From positions 7,137,205 through 7,201,204 of the forward strand of contig CM119267.1 of the NCBI GenBank assembly GCA_051294375.1: DNA of 64,000 nucleotides, given 5' to 3'. The notes under the pieces were generated by a model. It searched no databases. It saw nothing but the letters and a program-made list of their open reading frames with translations, and was not told the DNA's origin. Positions 1 through 13,400 of the stretch are shown here, piece by piece. The DNA comes from Paraspadella gotoi. Lineage: Eukaryota > Animalia > Chaetognatha. Within the stretch, counting starts at the first letter, position 1, and each line of letters opens with the position of its first letter. Made by a program: the position numbers and the translations under genes.

Positions 1-1276
1 TTTCTTTTCCAGCGGCGTCGGTGGAATTCGTTATCGAAGGTTTAATGTCGACGCCGACTGAAGCGACGAAAGAAAAAGGAATCGCATCGCCAGCGGATGG
101 ATACCGACTTCCGTGATAAGCGCGAGGGTAACCGGGCGGCGGTTATATAAAAGGCCCAACCAGTTGCCTCGCTCAGTGGCGGTATATTGCTTAATAATGC
201 TTAATAATGCTTAATAATTGCTTATATCTATGCTTAAGCTAACCCATCTTTGAACACGTTGGTCTTTCTTAACGTTGCCTTTTAGACAGCAAGATTAACT
301 TAAATTCTATTTATTATGAATTTAACAACAACGATTAAAAGAATCTTTATACTATAAATTTAAGCGTTGACGCAAACCATAAATAAATTATTCGACAAAA
401 AAAAAGAAGAAAAAAATCCATCCAGGTCACATGACGGATTTAAAACTGCCGCCTGCGCCACAAAAACGAGAAATCCCACGCCAAGATTGACGGAAGTCAA
501 TCGAGGAATCCTCGCACGATCGACTCGGGGAACCTAATTAATCTGATCCACTGCTGCAGAAGTAAAAGACGACGACGACGACGACGATGACGATGACAAC
601 GAAAACGACGTCGATAAATAGACGAGGATTCCACTTTTAATCCATATCATATCAACAGCTTCGCTGACCACCTCAACAACTACATCAGCTACAACAGCAG
701 CAGCTACTGCGGAAGCCTTCAGCCGACCATACGAATCAGCGTAAGTGCCAGCGGCAGCTGCAGCAACTGTGAGGTTCCACGTTTACTCGTTTTCCGTTCA
801 CGGAATTCATCCCTTTACCCCTGTCCGTCAATCCTTCCCGACCAAACGAAGTTCATTCCCATAAAAACCCAGGCGAACGACCCGCCCATTACCCAATACC
901 CACTACCCACAGTGCCCACTACCCAGTCATCCGCAGCCTCTTCACCAGCCCACACCCTATTCCTTTCACCAGCCGATCCCTGGCCCAGCTCGCTCAAGCG
1001 ACGATTGGTCATTCATCACGAGAAATCGAAAATAACCGCGGGTTCGTGCGGCTTTTACGACGACGACGACGACGACGACGACGAAGAAGAAGAAGAAGCC
1101 GAAAATGACGATGACAACGATGACGACGACGACGAAAACGATAGAGATTAAACAGTTGGTTAGAAAAAAAAATTATTTCATTTTCACCTAAGAAAAAGGA
1201 TAATGATTTTTACGAGGTTTAATGCTGAAACATTTGTGGCGGCGACGACGACTATGACGACGATTCAGCGCTTACT

Positions 1277-1308
<32 letters not shown>

Positions 1309-1799
1309 TGCGGCCCTGAAGACCAAAACGAGGCAAAGCAAAACAATCTGCGACCACAACACTGACCATTATGATTCCATCTGTGAAATACATCTGCAAA
1401 GCAATCGTTGCCGGTTCTAACCCGACATTCGAGGTTTGAATTAAATTTTGATTAATTAAATCTTTTATACACGGAATAGGGAAATTGAATTTGATCAAGT
1501 AAAAAATTGATATCGAATGCAAACGCAGAATTGGTCAATACTTCCGATGAGGAAAGAGCCGATTCAGTTTTTCGGGCTAGTTCAAAGAGGGATGAGAGAA
1601 TCTCTCGGTCTAATTGTGGGATTGTTCAATGTTTAATCCCACATAATAATCATTGATTTAATTTTAAAATTTAATATTTATCCATACGAAAAACATTTTA
1701 AAGAGTCCTTGAGTCTTGACTCAACGATTCTGAATCTGGATATCGAAGAGAGAAAAGTTTCGTCCAAATCTTTGATTCTGTGGAAAAGGCGCTAAGTGG

Positions 1800-2007
1800 G
1801 CAGAAGATAACTATCCGTAACTTCTATAACCCTCTCAAGCAGACATGGAACGGGTCCTGGGCTTGGAACCGGGCTTTAGGGTTTGCTACGCCAACTAGGC
1901 GGCTTACGGCCGTCTTCACCCTTCCCGCAGGGTAGGTACCGGGTTGGGATTGAACCCGGTAACTCGTGGTCATGAGCTGATGGCTTTACACAATGAGCCA
2001 CCGGGTC
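1800..2007 (-). mobile_element. tRNA-derived SINE-like element
   Basis: Minus-strand head (about 1936-2007) with A-box-like TGGCTCATTGTG and B-box GGTTCAATCCC, followed by a non-tRNA body; 3' boundary approximate. Confidence 0.55.
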
Positions 2008-2356
2008 ACAACTGAATGAGTCATGCTTATAAGGGGGGTGAACCTAGGCAATGCCCGACCACAATTCTTCTTTTTAGAAAAATCGAGGGGAGCCAAGAAC
2101 ATCAGCTGGTGCTTCGCCGCTTCGGGGATCCGATCGTCTTGGATTGTGACCGGGGGTTCTTTGGGCGTCCAGGGATGTAGGAAAATGTATCGTAGTATCT
2201 CGAAGTGTCTCGGGATTTCGGCAATGGGGAGAGAACGTTACGATCCTACTAAGAAGGGCGGGTCGAGACGCGCGGTCGAGACGCGGGGGCGAAGAAAAAA
2301 GAAGAGTTTTTATGACGGAATTTTACGGCGTCGATTTGCGAGTTTTTGCGAGAAGC

Positions 2357-2421
2357 GCTACGACGGACCGACCGACCGCTACGACGGACCGACCGACCGC
2401 TACGACCGACCGACCGCTACG
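2357..2421. repeat. 21-bp tandem repeat (gctacgacggaccgaccgacc), about 3 copies
   Basis: Read directly; gives the RYDGPTD repeats in the ORF track. Confidence 0.8.
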
Positions 2422-3059
2422 AGGCGGCGAGACGGACGTTGCGGAGGCGCTCAGTCCAAGTTCCTTCTACAGCTCCTTCCCCTTTTCGCCCCTTAATCTT
2501 TAACTGTTTAACACCGCCCTCTCTCCTTCCTCCCTCGCCAGTCAACACTCCCATCAACTTCTCGTCTAAACAGCCAACACACTATAAGAGCTTCGTAGGG
2601 TGGATGACGGAAAATATCACAGGGCCTCGCTATCGAGCCAGAACGACTATAGTGTTGCAACACTCTTCTGTTTCACCGCCCTCGACCAATCGCAACTAGC
2701 TCTCAAAACAGTAAACATCCTTTAACACCCTGTTTCCCCTAGCATCCCATAAGAGTCAAAACTCCCCTTATCCCATTTAACTCCCAACACCCCTTCCCTT
2801 TCACCCCCTTAGGTCTTCACCACCCCCTCCACGCCCACCATGGCCGCCGTAACTCGCGCCTCTGAGGCGTCGAGGCGCCGGGATTTTCGCGCCTCGTTTC
2901 CGGTGATCGATCACGTGACAAACGTGGAGGAAAAAAGTCACGTGATCAAAGTTGCGGAGGATAAAGAGGAAGGGATAAAGAAAGAAGAGGGGGAAAGAAA
3001 AGCAAACTACGATTTTTTTTCTTCTAAAGTTCTATTTTTGTCTACTGCATTTGGATTTG

Positions 3060-3280
3060 TTTTCCAAAAGCGCCCCATTTCTGTTCCTTAATTTCTGTAT
3101 TTAGTTTTAACCCTAATCCCTAGCACTACCTCTAAGCTCTAACATAATCCTTGACCCCCAATCCATAACCTAATCCCTAACCCTCTATCCCTCTAACCCT
3201 GTGACCATAATCCTCTGACCAAATCTTGAAAATACTTACTCGATTCCGAAAGTAAAATAAAATTGGGCATTTTTGGAAAA
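3060..3280. mobile_element. MITE-like element with imperfect ~22-bp TIRs and an internal telomere-like (TAACCC-type) array
   Basis: Left end TTTTCCAAAAGCGCCCCATTT, right end AAATTGGGCATTTTTGGAAAA; interior of degenerate TAACCC/TAATCC units. Confidence 0.5.
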
Positions 3281-3871
3281 TGAGTTTTTTTATACTTGAG
3301 AAAAATGCTAGGCTTCGTCTCTTTTTCTCTCTCTCCCTCATTCCCTCAAATTTGGATGCCGCCTCCGCTGGCGAGATAATAAACATATATCACAATACTA
3401 GTATGTATAGTATATAGTAAATCTTGATTAGGAATCTGGTTTGAGTTTGAGAAACTTGAGTCGGAGCCCCACAACTCTTCCTCTTCTACTAATTATTATA
3501 TTTTTCTATAACTTTTTTTTTTTTCATCGCTCAGCCATTTTTTTTTGTTTTTATTTTTTTTCTGCGTCGTCCTATCGTTTGAATTTAATCTCTCTCTCTC
3601 TCTCTTTCTCTCTCACTCTCTCTTTCTTTTCTTTTTTTTATTTTTATCTATATATTTTTCGAAACTTCGTAACGTAAATTTCACGTTTGACATTCTTCCT
3701 TTCTACAGAAGAAACTGAAAAAAAAATTTATAAAGTTTTATCCACAATTGCATCTACTAAGCATTTAGAATAAGATACATTCAGAGTTTCTTCCTAGGTT
3801 CTTTTTCCTTCAGTTCAAGGCCTAAAGCTAAAGCTAAAACCTACATTATTAACTCGCCCGAGAGCGCAGAG

Positions 3872-3936
<65 letters not shown>

Positions 3937-6900
3937 AAAGAAAAACAGAAAGGATCGCCCTTGAGAGAAAGTGATCCGAAAAAGAACTTACCATTTTTCT
4001 CTCCCATCGTCTTATTGAATATTCGTAACTTACCTTTCCCTCCATCCTTCTTCCTCACCTAAAAAAAACCCCGCGGCTCTAACCTTTTCGAGTTCGTTCG
4101 TCGCCTGTTCGGCGACGTCGAACGTTGTTCTTTTGTTCTTTACTTCCTTTTTCCTCTTTTTTTTTGTTTTACAAAAGTGACTTTGTTTTAGCTTTTTTTA
4201 CAAGTTTACAAAAAATACAAGATTACTTGTAATAAATGACACCGAATAATTTATACATACCAATTTACCAATTTTCCAATGCACCCATTTCATATATTTT
4301 ATATAGAAATACTGAATTTGAATGTATCAAGTTTTTATATATAATTTTATTAATAGTATGGGGAGATAAATGTTAGTTTTGTCTTCTAGATTCATTTCCC
4401 CTCCTTCCTCCACCCTTTCCTCTCTCTCTCTCCCTCTCTCTCTCTCTCTCCCTCCCCCTCCCTTTCCTCCTCCCACTCCCTCTCCCTCTCCCTCCCTTTC
4501 CTCTCTCTCTCCTTCCTCTTCCTGGAGCGCCTCCATTTCATTAATCATCTCAATCGCCCAAGGAATGACTTTACTCGATTTTTTTCCCCTTCAAGACAAA
4601 TCGCCATTTTCTTGGCGGTCATATCCTCCGACGCCGGCGGCGGGGCGGCGGGGCGTCGGCGCTGGCGGCGGTAAGAGCGGCGGCGGCGGTGGGCGGATGA
4701 TACTTGGCAGCGCCTTCTAACGGTCGACGTAGTCGCTGTGAATGTTGTTGTTTGCCAGTTCGGCAATTCTCAGTCTCTCGACCTTTTGATTTGTTTATTC
4801 ACTCGCCCGAGTAGAATGCCAATCGTTGTTACTGTTGTTACGGTAACCTTTACTGTTTGGTACTGGTGATGCTGCTCTTACCGTTGTTTCTCCAGACCGA
4901 TGAAGTCTGAACGGAACGCTGTGCTTTACACAAAGATCGGTACACATGTCGACGACGTCAGCCGCCGATGAGACAACGGAACAGCTAGGATCCGGCGATG
5001 GGACGGATTATTGCGCCGAGACACTCGCCAATACATAAAATACCAATATAATTATTAATTAATTACTATTAATCAATGTTTCTGTGATAGATAGATTGAG
5101 AAAGCGAAAGAGTAGACAGAGAAAGAGAGAGAAAGAGAGAAGAGAGAGAGAAAGAGACTCCGACGATAAACAGAGACCAAGGAAAACAGTGAAAGACAGT
5201 AAAAGCGGGAGAGACAGAGAGAGACATAAAGCGAGGCCCAGGCCCGTTCCGTCGATCCCGTTACGCGCGAAATGATTCGAAAATGCAAATCGGGGAACGA
5301 GATTCCATCCTTTTCCCAACCCTAACGCGTTTTTTCGGTGGCGCGGGTGGGCGCGGCCGAAGGGAATTTCCAACCGGAAGGAAATTAATTTTTTTTTTGT
5401 TGGGGGAGGGGAAGGGGAGAAGGTGAACGAGAAGAGGACAATAGGAATCCAGCGATATAATCTATATTAGTTCCGCCGCGAGTAAATTTTGGATTATCCC
5501 GGACGAGATGTGAGGTTGTGATTGCATTGGGAAACGTGATCCCATAATATAAAGAAACTTTAAAAGAAAAATAGTGAAAATAGAAAAATAATAAAAGTAA
5601 ATAAAAAATAGGGTAAAAAAAGAAAAAGAAAAAAAAATGATAAGGAAAGAAAGAAACATCTGAACCTTAGATTTTCCTTTCGCAATGCAGACTCTCCAGT
5701 TCCGTTCCTCTTTGTCCGCCAAAAAAAAAAATCTGAGATAAAAAAAAAGGAGGAAAATTTAAGATAAGTTTTGCTTTTAGTGACATTTTCATTGACCCCT
5801 TTCATGGCGGGAGTCAAACAAGTGGCTTCTTCGAGGCTCTAGTGCTGCCTCTCGCGGAGAACCAAGTTTGGCGCCGGAAAAAAGTTGGGTGGCATTTCTC
5901 GGCGTTCCCACGATCTCGGCCCTTCTCCCCCGCCCCCACCAATCCGGTAACCCATATATCTCCCAAACCGGCTGCGCTTTAGCTTTTGCTTTGCTTTGCC
6001 TTTGTTTCGCTCCATTTATAATTCCCGTTTTCTTTGTTAGTTAAATAAGATTCATAACCGTTGAACTGGAAAGAAAATCTGGAGAACAAGGCAATCAAGG
6101 CTTCGGATCAACAACATTTGTCAACTCGAATGTTTTTTTCCAGATGAGCCCTTGTCTTCGCCCCTCATTTTTATCCTTGTCGTAACGGTCTAAGTTGTCA
6201 CCGTCGTTTCAGACGCTATCGTCTTTTGCCATCGCCCACCCGTCGTCGTCGTTTTCGTCTTCGTCGTCGTCATCGTCGTCGAAAACTGCAGTCGGCTTTT
6301 TCGTTGGCATTTTTACGGCGACGCTTAAAAACACGAGTCGAAAATGGGAAAAAAAGTTTGGGAACAAAATAGCATCGGAAACCAAACAGAATCCGAAACT
6401 ACGAACAGGTTAACATCGGGCGATTTGGTTTTAAATCAATCCAACTTTGCTGTTAGTATTATAATTTATAAGTAACAAATTACCAGCCAGAAGTACAAAT
6501 TAAACGAAATTTGTAAATCTCAAAACAAGAAATAAAAATAAGCCGCAAGGAATCAGCTCTAATATTTGTGCTAAATAAAAAAAAACAATTTTAAAACTCA
6601 GTTTGAATATGATATGATATGATATGATATGATATGGAATTCAGATTTATGAACTAAATCACATTAGTTATTAAATGCCGAGATACCTTCAGTAACAATA
6701 AAAACCATTAATTCCGCGGAAACCAAAATGCAACAACGAATCCGATTTAGAGAAAGAGTAAGTTGATGCGGCAGAAACGCTTCAAGCGTTTGGGTGCGGT
6801 CGGAAATGATACGATTTGAAATGAACAGGGCAGAAAATTGGTCTTTCTGAAAAAGCGCAGTTAATTGTTACTCATTCTTTCTTGCTTATGTTCACAGTTG

Positions 6901-7088
6901 TCCTGCTGTGAGGTAATATCGCATTGGGTACAATCTCTGCCTCTACTATCACGGTGGAATAAAAACCCTTGAGATCGGAATAAAACCATATAGAAACTTT
7001 TGATGCGAAAATTCAAGAAAATCTTATCTCAATATCTCCCTCTCGTAACGGTGTGTGTCAAAGGTTGATCCTCCATAATGGATGGAGA

Positions 7089-7089
<1 letters not shown>

Positions 7090-7157
<68 letters not shown>
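7090..7157. repeat. (GCC/CCG)~22 trinucleotide microsatellite
   Basis: Read directly. Confidence 0.95.
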
Positions 7158-7519
7158 TCTCGCTCCCGTCGGTTTCTGGCATTTCTTGCGTCTCCGAATG
7201 GCAATCTTCGTGGCGGCGAGCCATCGAGGATTTGTGGCATTTTCGGAGACAAGAATCGAATGGCAAAACAAAGATAAATGAGAGACGACGAGACGAGCGT
7301 CGCGCTTCGTCCGAGCGTCTCCATGGCAGCCACGCCCCCAACCTCCTCCTGCCTGTAGCCACGCTCCCCCACCCCCATCCTCGCGCGACCGATAGGGGGT
7401 TCCTCACTTCGTCTTAATCCCCCTGACGGACTTCTTACTCTCGTCCATCCTTAAATCCACTTCGAAAACTTTCGCACTTTTAGTCCCGATTCACATTTGC
7501 ATCCTATCGTTCTCTGAGA

Positions 7520-7670
7520 CTATTCTACATTCTAAAATCTACTTTCGACAATCTACTTTGCGCAATCTACATTCTACAATCGACATTTCACATTTCAAAA
7601 TCTACATTCTAGAATCGACATTCGACAATCTACTTTCTACCATCTACATTCTACATTTTACAATCTACTT
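7520..7670. repeat. Degenerate ~14-bp tandem repeat (tctacattctacaa-like)
   Basis: Repeated aatctac/attctac units. Confidence 0.7.
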
Positions 7671-9775
7671 TTTTTTTACCAGATGCATTCCGGTTTCCCC
7701 ATCCACCCTTTTTCTCTAACCTCGCCACCCAACCCACTCGGCCTGTCTCCCATCGCTGCCTCCGGAAATGATTTAGGCGTCGGTCATCCCTCGTCTCTTT
7801 TCTTCCTTCCTCTTTTCCTTCTTTCCTCTATTTATTCTATTTCTGTTTTCTATTTCTATTTCCATGTATTTTCTTCTTTTCCATTTATTTATTTCCTTTA
7901 ATTTATTTATTTTTCTTTCTTGCTTTTTTTTTTCTATTTGTTCTCTTCTGTTCTGTGTCACCTTTTTTCTCTGTTCTCTTTCTCAGTTCCTTTTTTCTTC
8001 ATAGTTATGTATCTTTATTTTTTCCCTGAACTTTTTTTTTCGTTTTTTTTTTCTTTTGTTTTTCTTCCATAATTTTAAATTTTTTTTTTTTTCCACACAT
8101 CTTTTCAAACAATGGCTGACAATGTAAAAAATACATATTCATAATGAATCGCGGCTCAGTTATCTCACCGACTCTTCACAGTCAGCGTCCTCTTTGCTTT
8201 CACGCTCTCGTTTATCACGAATTCGTGAAGCGCGTCTTGTGATCGACCTCAAAGAAATTCCCTTCCCCTATCAAGATCTAGCTACACCTAAATATTGATG
8301 AAAATCCAAAATAATTGTTAATTTTTAGTCTCTTTTCCGTATGTTACTTAATTTTTTAACACCTGGATGTAAATTGCCGTTCTCTTTCAGAAATGTGGAC
8401 ACCATGATCCCCTTATTCTAGTAGGCTCGAACGTTTTTCAGATTTCCCTCTCACAAAAGGCGGACGCCTTTATTGTTTAGTCGGCCTTTTCATAGAAACG
8501 TCCGTGTTGTCCCCACTCGTTTTCAAATTCATATTTTAAGGGAGTTATATGGTAAAGTTTGGTTTAAGATTATGTCTTTTTTTTATCTAGTAAAACTTAA
8601 TCTTATTTTTTACTAATTTTCTTCTTCTTTTTCTCTTTTAAAAAATGTTTTCCAATTGTTTTTTTCTTTTTGATTCTCTGCTTCGTTTCGTACCACAGAA
8701 ACGTAATAATCGTTTGAATTGCGTCGCCATCTTTTTGTACCCAAAACCGCCCCCAAAAAAAAAACCGAAATGACAATATTTGGCCCTTAAAGTACAGGCA
8801 ATGTTTCACCCGTCGCCGACGTCGCCCTTACCATTTATTGGCTCCTTTCCGTCCTGGCATGCCCCTCACCTCCTCCTGCCCCTCTTCCTCCACCCCCCTC
8901 CTCCTCCTCCTCCTCCTCCTCCCAATCTCCTCTTCCCAGCGCCAAATATTTCACCCGGTTATTTTATTTCCTTTCCTTCTGCCTCCTATTATTTTCCGGC
9001 GGGTCGTCTCTCCCTCGCCCGGCCGCCCGAATTCCCGGCCGTCCGTTTTTCCGGCCGCTCTCTGACACAGACGCCCGTCTCGGTCCCGGCCGCTAGGGGG
9101 AAACGCGTCTTAGAAATGCGTTTTTGTTTTTACGTTTTCCCAACGATTCGTGGACCTCGATCCACAGCCCAGTTCATGGTTTTCCTTTTCGGCTCCCCTA
9201 GACACCACCTATCCCGCTCCACCTAAAAGCTCCATCAAAACCCCGCTCCTATGCCTGCCCCACGCGCGGTTCCGGTTAATCACGTGACGAGCTCGAGCAT
9301 AATTCATAAGAGCTCTCTGTCTCTCTCTCTCTTTTTATTTTTTATATTGTCTCGCTCCCCTAAACACTCTCTTTCTCTATAGATCTCTGGCTTTCTTTTT
9401 TTACTCTTACTCTCTCTCTCTTATTCGATTTTACTCTTTCTGTCTCCCTCTCTCTCTTTATTTCTCTCACTCTCTTTCTCTATCTCTCTCTCTCGCTGTC
9501 CGTCTGCTTTTTCCGAATATGGGTTAAAGCTTTAAAATCCAGCATTTCTCTGGGTCTAGAATTATTTAAAGTAATAGTTGCTCTTACGTGACTAAAATTA
9601 TTGATACATTATCGTTTGGTCACCGTTACTAAGGACATCATGAACATTGTACAACTTTGCCTTGATTATGAATTTAAAAAATACTCAAAAACTCGCTTCA
9701 GATTTTTGTGGACACTGAAAGTTTATGGGCGGCAGAGAGAGAAGGAATGAATGAATGAATGAATGAATCAACGGA

Positions 9776-9835
<60 letters not shown>

Positions 9836-10666
9836 GACAGAGAGACCGCATCAAGGAACTCAAAGCATTTCCTTTCCTTTCCCTTTGTATTCAGATCTCA
9901 TCTTTCGCTTCGAGTTTGAATTTTTATGTGGTAGCATTAATCCGTCGGTTATACAGGGAAATCTTAACGAAATGGATTTTAGTATTTGGAGTTAATTGGT
10001 TCGATCAATTATTCGACAGATAGATAGTTTCCTTTATGTAACTGAACCTCACCCGAAGAAGCAAGTATGATGTCATCACAGTTGGGTGTACAGAAATCAA
10101 TCGATGCTAATTAAATTGAATTATCTTTTGAACGCTAAATATTAGCGCTTCTAAAGATAAAAAGATATGAAACCCGATAATAAAAAAAAACAAACAGGGA
10201 ATTAATTAACTTTGACTCGAAGGCCCGCATGCCGCGATAAACTCAATCACTGAGGAATTCACCGAAAAGAATCCCGCGATAGTTTGCGTCACCAAAAAAA
10301 ATTACCAAAAAGTCGACAATCCAGGATTTTAAGTCGACCGTTCAGACGGGCAAAATACCCGAGGGAGAAAAAAAAAATCCCAAAACAACCGTTAAAATTT
10401 CAAGTTCCGGTTTTAAATGATCTTCCTGCCACTTCAAAAGCATGACACTTTTGTCGGCAAAACAATGGGAAAAACTATGAGACTAAATCGAAACTTACCA
10501 ACGAACGACCTAAAAATATCAACTTTCATCGATGACGTATTCAAAAGCGTAAAAAAAATATAATATCTGCTAAACGATCAAACGTTCCGATAAGAGTTTA
10601 AATAAAATACAAACGAATTTAACCAATCGTCCAAATCCTCGATTCGCTCTCCCCTCACCTCCAAGG

Positions 10667-10845
10667 ATGTCGTCGTCGTCGTCGTCGCGTCGCAGTCAAG
10701 CGGGGACGAATTCCGAATCCGAATCTCGATGCACCAACTCTCCAACCTTCGTCTTCTTCAAAGGCGCCGTCGATATGATCGTCAATACGATATTCTACGT
10801 CGTCGATTTGGCCTTGAGATGCAGTTTGGTCGCCACATTCGCAAC
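10667..10845 (+). CDS. XK-Rho gene exon 1 (cytosolic N-terminus and first TM helix)
   Basis: ATG at 10667; translates MSSSSSSRR...IVNTIFYVVDLALRCSLVATFA; donor AC|gtaagg at 10846. An additional upstream exon cannot be excluded. Confidence 0.75.
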
Positions 10846-13354
10846 GTAAGGTTTTCGTCGGCGAGCGTTGTTAATCTCTGCCGTCACAACTCAGTGACGG
10901 AGAGTCTGCTGTTCTAAAGGCTGTATGGTTGACTAAAATCCACCAACCGTTCATCAGCGGCCATTGGTGCCGGAGGCAAGTCATTCACCTCCCAATCCAA
11001 AGATCCGGGGTTCTAGCCCGGTGGCCGCCTAGCAGTTAAGAGGGACGGGGCGCTTAACCCGCCTGTAACTCGGTGTTACAGCCTGATCCGAAGCTCAGGG
11101 ACTGCTTATATTGAACGGTTCTGTCTATCTCTTCTATCTCTATCTCTTCAGCTCCAGAGTTTCGATTATGAATGCACTTTTTATACGTATATTGTGGCGA
11201 ATCCTAAATTCGCCTCCCCATAAACACGCCAGTGACTTTGGGTGGTCACTGCAGGTCCAAAGCCCTGAGCGCCAGCTGTCGGGAGATGCCTCACACCCAA
11301 GGCATCACACATGACCCCCCGTTGCCATTATATGATTATTTTGACCTTGAGCCGCTGAGGACCTATAACAGATATGCACGGAGATACAGAAAGATGCTCT
11401 TTCTCGTTTGTGAAACTGTCAAATTTAATCGTGCACCCACTGACAGACCGACTGACAGACCGATAGGTATCACTACAACATAACTATTTCGATCTCATGA
11501 CAATTTTCTCTCCCCCACCCTGTTTGGTTCAGTGAAGTATGCATGGAGGACGGTACTATGGCTCATCCACATTGGACACTGTGGACTCTGTTTCTCATCG
11601 TTGTCCCTGGGTATTTCATCGCCATTTACAACATCATGCGACAATGGAAATGGTAAGGCGGCAAGGGACATTTTAAATGTAACAGTGTAATACCATCGCA
11701 GACGGAATCAAAACCAAAAGATGGAATCGGATCGGTGACTCGGATAAAATTTACCAAGGACTCTGTGATTGGATGAATCATCATCGAAACGGACCAATGA
11801 GAAGAGAGGCTTCATGCCCGTGTCGATGATCCGATTGCGTTGTATAAATACCAGACCATTTTGTATTGAATCCATTCTATCTCAAATTCTGACACCGTCT
11901 TTGCTTGTGACTTTTCTAAGAATAAAATCCACTTTGGTCTCAAGTTGAAATCTCTGTCTACTTACTTAAATGTGGTGGCAGCGGTGGGATTCGAACCGAC
12001 GCCTCCTCATGTTGAAATCTCTGTCGACTTATTTAAATGATACAATAATACTATGTCTATAATCAACTTCACTTGATTCCAGGATGGGCGGCACCCGTTG
12101 GGCTCAGCTGGCGCTCGTTATCTCCAACCTGGTGCTTTTGGGTCCGGCCTTGAATCGGCTGCAGTACGTCGTCAAATCTTGGCGGATCCTCCATCAGGAC
12201 AAGACGAAGAGATCCAAGCAAAGAGTGGATATGCAGATGGAAGAGACGCGATTGTGGAATCTCATTGTGAGGAGAATGAGTGAGGGAAATTGAGGAATTG
12301 AGAGGTCAGGGGGTCAGAAAGTGTGGGAGCAGAAAGTTTTAGGTTTAGAACATAAAAAACATACGACCTATTTAACAAAAAACAAAGCCGACATCTCTCA
12401 TTCATAAAATGGATAATAAAATCGTTGTTTCCTTATCATAAAATCTTAATGCCACTGGACGACAATATGCAAATTAGATGGAAGAACCGATTTTTTTCAA
12501 AAAATCAAAACTATTTTTTTTTTTATTCTTGTTCCCATAGTAAAGCGTTATTACCCTGCTTCTCTGTCCCTACCCCCAACACAAAGGTAATGAGCAAGTT
12601 GATCCAAGCCATCTGCGCCTCGTACCCGCAAGCCCTGTTTCAGGTCTACCTGGCGGTTAGGGAGAAACAAGTGACTTACCTGAAATTCCTCACCATCGCC
12701 TCGTCCCTCGCCACGTTCGTTCATTCCTTCACGGAATCCGAGCTTTACGTCCTCTCGCGAATCTACGAGATGAGCGGAAGGAAATACTTTGGCGCCGCTC
12801 TTGGACACAGATTGCTGACCAGTGAGTGCCACTGTGGTGGCGGGCGATGGAAAAAGCTTTGTGCAATGTGCCACGGTCGAAGGAAGTAAAAAACAAGAAC
12901 TTGAAGAAAGAGATTACTTTTGCCTTTTTGTGTTTTTTTTTTTTTTTCTCGATTAATTATTCTTTACCATCATCTATTATTACGTCTACGACATCATCAA
13001 TTTTCAGAGATGATGTGGCTGACGCTCGTGCTGAGCAGCGCCCTCTCGCTGCCCCTCTTCGCCGCCTACACGTGGAAGGGCGAACTGCTCGCCCTTTTCC
13101 TCCTCATCGTATATCCTCTCTTCTTCGTCGATCACAATGGATACACGATGACCATCTTTGTTCTACACCGTTATCTCTTCTTTCACCAGGGTAAGGACGA
13201 GGCGGAAAAGTAAGTTTCCGACGAGAATTTCTAATTATTTAAATTTCTAATAATTCAGACGAGAACGAAGAGAGTTCGCGTTTCCAATTGTTTTCGAAAG
13301 TCTTGGGGCCAAACTGAAGAAATGAGTTGGAAAAAGAGTCTTTCAATGCAAGGT

Positions 13355-13400
<46 letters not shown>

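Noticed and set aside
7024-7417. Overlapping poly-Pro/Ala/Arg/Gly ORFs
   Set aside because: They are open in all frames because of the (GCC)n tract; no recognisable domain or clear splice structure.
11973-12006. Functional tRNA-Leu gene
   Set aside because: Only the 3' half is present; there is no D arm, anticodon arm or A box.
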